DNA of 61,324 nucleotides, filler included, from Bipalium vagum (Eukaryota): NCBI GenBank assembly GCA_037834085.1. It is 3 parts of 3 records of this genome, joined end to end, with 100 filler letters (N's around TTAATTAATTAA, not from the genome) between each part and the next. Parts side by side here need not be neighbours in the genome. Positions count along the whole stretch, not along the records: positions 36,671 to 61,324 come from JBBMKC010199275.1; 2 more parts are not named here. One strand, 5' to 3'. Shown piece by piece: positions 53,620 to 61,324 of this stretch (position 1 is its first letter; each line of letters starts with the position of its first letter). The notes under the pieces were generated by a model. It saw only the letters and a program-made list of their open reading frames with translations, ran no database searches and was not told where the DNA came from. The position numbers and the translations under genes were made by a program.

Positions 53620-54075
53620 TAGTGCGCGTAAAAAGTTTGATCACCATCTATAAAAAATACTAATTTTAATTGAAAAGAATCTTTTAAACAACAAAATTTA
53701 TTAAATGAACAAGTCTTAATATTGAATAGGATATCCCTTTGATTTCTTGATCAATTGTAATCTTTTGGGCATTGAGTTCACAATTTTCTGGCACGTGTTA
53801 CGAGAAAGATTGTACCATTTGTTTTGGATCTCATTCCATAAATCTTCAGAACAATTATGTTTAATTAGACTTAGTTGACGTTTAAGAATTTCCCAGATAT
53901 TTTCTATGGGATTCAGGTCAGGAGAACTACCTGGCCAAGGTAAAACTTTAATATTTTTATTTTTTAGGAAAGCCTGGGTACTTTTGGCCTTATGAGGAGG
54001 AGCCAAATCTAGTTGAAAAACGAATGCTGCTTTTGGAAAGACTAAGCATTTGTCAACTATATCTAAGTCAGATGT
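53620..54075 (-). mobile_element. 3' half of a Tc1 (DD34E) element
   Basis: FVFQLDLAPPHKAKSTQAFLKNKNIKVLPWPGSSPDLNPIENIW...LIKKSKGYPIQY; TIR-like end TA-TAGTGCGCGTAAAAAGTTTGATCACC at 53618. Confidence 0.88.
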
Positions 54076-55127
54076 AGAGATTAAGTACCTAATTATTACC
54101 ACTCGTAGTATATCGTAACGAAAAAAATTACATTAATTAGATTCGTTTAGTAAATTGTAAATAATTTTAATAATATTTTTTTAATAATTGATTATCGTAA
54201 ATTTAGAAGTAAGATTATTTCAGAATTACTAACAATTTCAAAGAGTGTTATAAGATAATTTATTTTATTTGTTGTTCGATTTTATTACTTTGTTATTCAT
54301 ATTGTGATCATTGTTTCATAAATAAAATTTCAAAATATAAATTTATTGTTTCTGCGTAGTGTACACAACTAAGTTGATATTTTAAAGTAAGATAGAGATC
54401 ACTCGAAGTATGGTTAATATTTTTAAAATATTAACTGCATTTTATATTTTATTCTTACAATTACAATAATTTTTTAAAATTTTTGACAGTTGATATAATT
54501 GTCATTGTGACATCAATAAACTGAATTTTTGTAGTGAAAGTATGATGGGACTGGTTCTGTATTCTTTTTGCAATATGAATATATTTTTGCATTACTGAGT
54601 TTGTTTGAAAACACCAACCAAAAGTAAATGGATTCAAATAATAATTTAACATCTCAGATGCCTAAAATTGTAGTTAAAATGAACTGAAACATTTTTATAT
54701 TTTTTTATATAAATAAAAAAGTGTATAACAATTTTTTTCTAATAATATTGCAATTTAGAATTATTTCAGATAATTTTTTAGGAAAATGAATTCCATTTTA
54801 AATAACTTTACAAGAGTATTATTCATAATAGATTATTCAAAACCAAGAGTTGAGAATATAATTGAGATTATCTAAAATACCAATCGACAGTACTTAACTT
54901 CGCCAGAGCAGTAATAATCAATAGCAAAATAACAATATCAGAAATTTTCACAAAGAAAAGTTCATAATTTTCTCCATTATTAAATATTCCGGATTACACA
55001 TTTTCTAATTATTGATTTTATTAAAATACTTGAATAATTTTTAATTATCTAAATTTTTTCCAGCTATAATATTTTGAATAAACAATTTGTTTAAATATTC
55101 ATTTTTTTCTGATCTTGTGAAATTATA

Positions 55128-58100
55128 ATGCGTGATAAATTGAATATTCTTATTAACAATTTGTCAGAGGTTGACCGTAAGAAAAGAATAGAAGCTGTTA
55201 AAAACCTTGTTGATAAATATAAGGTTATTGTTAAATAATAATTTAAATGTAGATAATAATAGATTTAGGAAAATAAAGATTTACAAAATGAAATTATTTT
55301 ATCCTTATTAAAGGGAATTGGTTCATTAGTTGATAATAAAAAACATGGATTTGTTCAGACTTTGCATTGCATTTTGGAATCAATGGATATGGAAACACTG
55401 AGTTCGACATTTTCACAAATTAAAGAACATCTGTTCAATAAAGATTCATTGGTTAATTAATTTAATATAATTCTAAAAATTGTTTGTATCCATAGAAATT
55501 AAAGAATAAACTTGGAGCATTACTGTCTATCGATGCTATAATTTCAGCAGTCGAAATATCAAAAGTAATCTTTAATTATTTGGTTTGATGAATCCTTATT
55601 TTTGTAGATTGATAAATCCAATCTCACATATTTTTATGATTTTGTCCTAACACTAACCAAAGATCACTCACTTGGATTCTTGTCAGCAATAACAACAATA
55701 AAATTTATGAAAAAAGTATACTACATGCATAATGTTATTGTTATATTGAGAGATTTAGATTCCAGGAAAGGAACTCCAGCCGTTTTTGAAAAAGATTCCC
55801 TCTAGCGTATTTGAAGTTGACAACTTGGATAATTGCCCCCAGAATTTGATTTTTTGCTTGTACTTTTCTATGGAACACAAGGTTTTTCATAAAACTGAAA
55901 AAGTTGTGATTAATATTTTAATAGAAAACGATGAAGAATTTTTCGATAAGTATTCCGTCCATCCAATCTAAACCGATTTTGGATAAATTGCCAAAGTTGT
56001 TTAGAATGTTCAAAGGAGATCAACTGACTTCTGTTTTACATTTAATGGGAATGAATCCAAGTTTCTCAATGGTTTGGAAGTCTTTTATAGGTAGGTTTCT
56101 GAACAAACCAACTTAGATTGTTTTATCCAATCCGAAATTCTCTTTTTATCTAAATATAATGTAGAAAGTCTTTCCTCGGACCAAGCTTCAATTAAACTGA
56201 AAAAAGTCATTCTGTTGTTATCGTTCAAAGTTATGTTTATTCAAAATAACGAAAACAACGCACTGGGCAACTTGTCAAATCAAAACAAAATCATGAAGGA
56301 AATGTGGGCTGATGGGATTGTACTGGATTTGTTGCTTAAGCAACTGAGCAGAAAGGATTTCGAGCTACATGGAATCTGTCAAGAATTTGTGATGGAGCTC
56401 AATAAATTTGAGGTGACAGAACAAAACCAAAAGCTGTTGGAAGATTTTTTTCGATTGATTTGTGAACAACGTACTGTGGAGTTTGTTACGAAAGAAGCCA
56501 ACATCAGTCAATCACTGAGACTGTCTCAAGCATTGTTACGCCATGTAAAATCGACAGAGCTGTACAATTTGTACAAATCAGCACTAATTGAACATTTCCA
56601 AAGCTCGTCCACTTACCAAGCAAAGGTATATGGACTGGAACAGCTGTCGACCGTTTTTGTCAAGTGTTCCGTGGCCGATGAATCGATCGTGGAAATGTTA
56701 ATGAAACAAAACCATGAGTATAACCACATTGAGGTTGAGAAAACTCAGGAATCGTTACCTGTCGAATCTGCTCGCTCTGCTCTGTTTAGATGTTTGCAAG
56801 AAGTTGCTTTATCTAAAAATTCGGATCGACTCAAATCACTGTTAACTCGATGTTCCAATGATATTTACCAGAACGAAGAGCTTAAAGCCATCGCTGATAA
56901 GGTTCTGAAGTATTGGACGAAAAAGGTGGAAAAGCCGAAATCGAAAAAGAGAAGGGCTTCCGAATGCAATATTGATGTGGTGAACATCAAAGTTCACGAC
57001 ATGTTTGTGAGCTTACTTTCGCATTTGTGCTTTTATATGACAACACAACCTTTTGATGATGGTGAGTTTTATTGGTTTAGATGTGGTTTATTTGTTTATC
57101 GTTTCAGAACTGGTCACTGTAGTGCAAGATGTTATGACATGTTTTGAAAAATCAAACAGTGGCGTTACAGATGGACATTCGACCAGCGCCAACAAACGGT
57201 TGAAGCTTGATGATCAAGAAAACAGAAATGAGAGAGAACGAGACAGAGAAACCTGGACGATTGTGTTCACGGATGTCATCGTTGCGTTGCTGGAACAAAA
57301 TTGTCATTATCTCCGAAACTTGTTAGTTAATTGTTTTAGGACGTTGGTTGAAGAGGGATTTTGTGATTCAGAAGTCATTGAACATATCAACTCGATAATT
57401 GAGAAAGCGGAAAGTGAGTTTTCAAGCTGGTTACCGTTGTCAGACTTACTTCGATGTTTTAGTTCAATCAAGAGATGTAGGAAAGAAGAACTCCATGAAT
57501 GACGAGGAGGACGATGATGATGAGGAGGAAGAAGAAGAAAAAGATGAACAGGAAGATAGTGATAATAAAGAAGACAAAGAGGTTGATGATAGTAGCGATG
57601 ATGACGAGGACGACGAGGCCATGGATGTTGACGATCAAGAAAATGATCTCAAAGCTCGAATCTTTGCAGCATTGCAAACCGTTAAGGCGGATGTCAACAG
57701 CGATTCTGATGACAATTGTCCTGAGGTTGCTGAATCAGAATCGGAATCCAATGACGACCAAGACCATGGGGTTATGTTACGGAAACCGAAAACATCCTTG
57801 AAAGAACAACGTTACATTGCTCTGCAGTTGAAACAATTCAAAAATCGTTGCATTGATTTATTGGAAACGGTTTTTCTTCATTCTCCAAAATTCGCTGATC
57901 GAATGGTACGTATTATTTATTGATTGAATTAATATTTGTTATGAAATATCGGTTTTTTCTTCAATTCCAGTTCGCCTTTTCGTCTTTGATGATTCGTTTG
58001 CAAAAATCCGACGTCAGTGTGGAAACTCGAATGACTCGTTTGAGCTCTTCTTTTAAGAAATTCCAGAAGACTCAAGATGCTGCCGTATCCGACGTCGTTC

Positions 58101-58896
58101 CAAATTTGGAACGATTGATGAAATCTGTAGAGATGTGCTCCGGATCGAAAAACGTTTTGAAACTTTTCGGCAACATTTTGATTACGGTTCTTCGATTGAA
58201 CAAGTCTGAAATGACGACGATTGTCGAATATTTCAAACCAATTATCGATTCTTTGGTGATGAAAAAGAATCACACATTGAAACCCGTGTTCCTTGTTATT
58301 TTCGACCAGTGTCCCGAAGTTATCTTGGCGTTCCATGATCAACTTTTGGCCTATGTTTGTGCCGACGATTCCAAGCAGTGCTCCAACTATCAGGTCATTG
58401 GTATTTTGAGAAAAATTCTCACCAGTCAAAGTATCAAAAACTGTGTCCAGGGCACTGATAGTGAAGAAGTTCTGATAAAGTCAGAGATCGAGAATTTTGT
58501 CAATAAATTCGGGTCGTTGATTGCAAAATTGATTGGAGAAAATGAGACTCTTAAAGACCATCCAAAGAATTTCGCTATGCTCATTAATTGTCTTATTGAT
58601 TGTTTGAAATTGATGGGAGCTGCATTTTACCAGGTGAAAACATTTTTTAAAAAAGAATTTTTCTCAATATTGAAATAAACAATATTTCATTATGGTTAAT
58701 TTTTATGAATATTAATTAACTAATTATTGATTTTAAGTTTTAAAAAATTATTTTATATAATTTTTAGGCCTTGGATCAAAACATTGTAGAAAAGATCAAA
58801 TCCATTCCAAGAAATTCAATGCCAAAGGATTTTAAGAAGGTCGTAAATCAATTTGTCTCTGCAGTGAATTTTGCGAAGTCTTCCAAAAATGTATAA
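55128..58896 (+). CDS. MYBBP1A: Myb-binding protein 1A / Pol5-like nucleolar ribosome-biogenesis protein, multi-exon
   Basis: N-terminus LSEVDRKKRIEAVKNLV...LLKGIGSLVDNKKHGFVQTLHCIL; WTIVFTDVIVALLEQNCHYLRNL; long acidic tract; QLKQFKNRCIDLLETV. This is the Pol5/MYBBP1A architecture. Short GT-AG introns; stop TAA at 58894-58896. Confidence 0.8.
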
Positions 58897-59409
58897 TAAA
58901 TTTTCATCGAACTGCTTTGGTTTTTATTTTTCATAATATCTTTCGATGATTGATTATTAGTTATAATTCAATTTTATAAAAATTGATTTTTAAAATCAAT
59001 AAAATAAAAGATGTATTTATCATTTTATTTTTATTAATAAATAAAATATTAATTGTTGAGGTATTGAGTAAAATTGAAAATTCTCATTTAAATATTACAT
59101 TAATGTAAAAAATATGTTAGATCTCGGATGAACATTTTCCCCTAATCCTGGCACTTTTTCACTGAATAAAAATTCAACTTAAATTTTTATTGATTTTGAA
59201 AGTGAATCAGTAATTCAATAATTTCTTAATTTTGTGTTTTTTGATATTGTGACGAAATACCCACAGTTGTGATAAATACTTTTTATTGTGTTCGCCAAGG
59301 ACACGAACCGAAGAGATCTCTATGAGTCTGAAATAATAAAACTAATTATAAAAATGACTTTAATAAAACTATAATAAAAATATATTTAAAAAAATAGACT
59401 AACGCAATT

Positions 59410-60880
59410 AGGGCCAGGTAATTAATTTATCGCATTATTGGACTATTCTGGGAGTAGATGGCAAATCTTTACATCTACATAAGGCAGAAACTCGTTTAGA
59501 AACTGCAGACGAAAAAGAAAGAAATTACTTACAAAAATCAATTTCTGCAACAGTAGAAGGAATTATCAGTATTTTTAGAAAGATTCGCCTTGGAGAAGGA
59601 ATTCCAGGAAATTTACTGAGGAGAAACGTCGGAAGAATTGACTTGTAAATGCTTTAACTATCTATATACAGCAGTTGGTCTTAGATCTGAAATGCGCCAA
59701 AGTGAATGACAAATCTAATGTTAACTAATTTTCTTTAGATTTGGTCACGAAAATTTCAATTTTTAATCACAATTAATAATCAGCGCATCTGTGAATCGCA
59801 CTCACTCTGCACCAATAACCCATCAAGAAAACTCCATTATCTGCACCCTTTAGTAAAATACAAACAGAAAAAATGAAACACAATGATTAAGAACTAGGAT
59901 AATATTATGAGATCATCAAATAAGAAGTGCAAACTTTTACAAGGGACAATGAAATAAATATAAAAGTAGTATTCAACAAAGATACATCTTTGTCATTTCG
60001 TCGGCAGTTCTAATATGCCTTTATCAATAAATTTTATTTTGTAAAAATCAATAAATTGCATTAAACTTTAGACAGCCTCTTGGAATTGGAAAATGCTACC
60101 TTGGAAGAAGTTTTCCAAATTCAGAAAAAGTGGTGGTCGATAGATGAAAATTTTTGGGAATAAGGAGGATGATCAATGGCTTCCAAATCCATCTGCAGAA
60201 TTTTCATTTAAGTTTGATTTTTAACGTGTGGAGAGACATTATCATGAAGAAGTTTTTATTGATCAATATCGGTGGTGTTTTTGCAAGATTCTTCATCACT
60301 TATTCTAACTGAATGCATTAGACTTCTGCTGTGATTGATTAATCAACATCTTGTCCATCAAGTAGTAACCATCAGTTTCCTTTGATACATTTCCGAATTT
60401 GGACAATTTTTGGGAGGTTCCACTTTTGGTCGAAGGTTACAATACGATACAAAGATCGATTTGTCTTATCCCAAGAACAGAAAAATGAATACATTGAAAC
60501 GCTTATGCATATGGATTTCATTCAATTCATATGAACCCATCGATTGAGATTTTGGCTATTTACTTGTTCTAAATATTCTAAAATGGCTTTGATAAAAACA
60601 TGAAATATTACCGCAAATTCTGTCATAGATGTATCCAATAAACGCATTTTGCCATTTTTAAAATATTAATAATTGCCTCATTTTCGCCTTTTTTATATTT
60701 GGGAGGTCCACATATATATGGCTTTCGACAGCCAAACTGGAGCTTTTCCTGATCTGAGAAGCCCAGTTTCTTAACAGAGCATGAGAGTCAACTGTTGAGA
60801 TGGAAATTAATGGGTCACCTAATGATGACTATGGAAAACAAATTATTTTACTGTCAGGCAGCATTAGCTACTAAATGAAG
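59410..60880 (+). pseudogene. Unidentified decayed coding-like region with intron-like gaps
   Basis: Higher-complexity blocks after AG acceptors (GQVINLSHYWTILGVDGKSLHLHKAETRL...; SLLELENATLEEVFQIQKKWWSIDENF...) interrupted by stops and frameshifts. Strand and identity are uncertain. Confidence 0.25.
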
Positions 60881-61252
60881 AAACCAGGGCCTTTTATTTT
60901 TACCTCTTTTTTGACGATTTGCCTAATTACGCAAAATGAAAAATAAATTTAAAAAATATAATAATATTAGTTTCAAAAAAATAAATAAAAACTTTACACT
61001 TTTAAAAGCAAGTCAAAGCTACAGGTATTTTGGGGTTCCTTTTATACTTGACTTTTTGATAATTTGATCATTTTTTCCTAAAAATTAAAAATAATTTAAT
61101 TAGATTTAGACTGTCTTGTTGTTTTAATATCGGTGTGGTATTTTTCACTTTGCTGGTGTTCCAAAAATAATTAAAATCGATAATCTGGTTTTTGCATAAT
61201 AATAATTAATTTTTTTCTTGGTTTGCCAAAGGCAAAATCCCCGATTATGGTG

Positions 61253-61255
<3 letters not shown>

Positions 61256-61324
<69 letters not shown>
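61256..61324. repeat. (TAA)n microsatellite at the window end
   Basis: Perfect TAA run. Confidence 0.95.

Noticed and set aside
57468-58429. Antisense and alternative-frame ORFs over MYBBP1A (similarly 6526-6918, 7721-7984, 29384-29710, 39861-40196, 49034-49529)
   Set aside because: Shadow ORFs of real exons or transposases with no independent motifs.

Overview
Very AT-rich eukaryotic (animal-type) genomic scaffold with short spliceosomal GT-AG introns of about 40-60 nt, abundant (TAA)n microsatellites and two artificial 100-bp gap linkers (N44-TTAATTAATTAA-N44). The organism cannot be fixed from sequence alone; the composition is reminiscent of a planarian/flatworm (inference only). Four spliced host genes are recognisable: a 5'-partial GNPTAB-like GlcNAc-1-phosphotransferase (minus, ~6.6-16.3 kb), a 3'-partial CCDC42/CFAP73-family ciliary gene (minus, 38.3-41.2 kb), an apparently complete NOMO (plus, 46.0-52.7 kb) and MYBBP1A/Pol5 (plus, 55.1-58.9 kb). 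The rest is dominated by decayed transposons: many mariner/Tc1 relics, a full-length maT/DD37D-type copy, hAT, Merlin and LTR remnants. The two most notable items are (i) an intact 12-cysteine exon, missing from the ORF track, that encodes a two-module peptide ending in an inhibitor-cystine-knot framework and lies antisense within a probable GNPTAB intron, and (ii) a 610-bp foldback element with GG..CC ends and an 8-bp TSD close to a Merlin transposase fragment.
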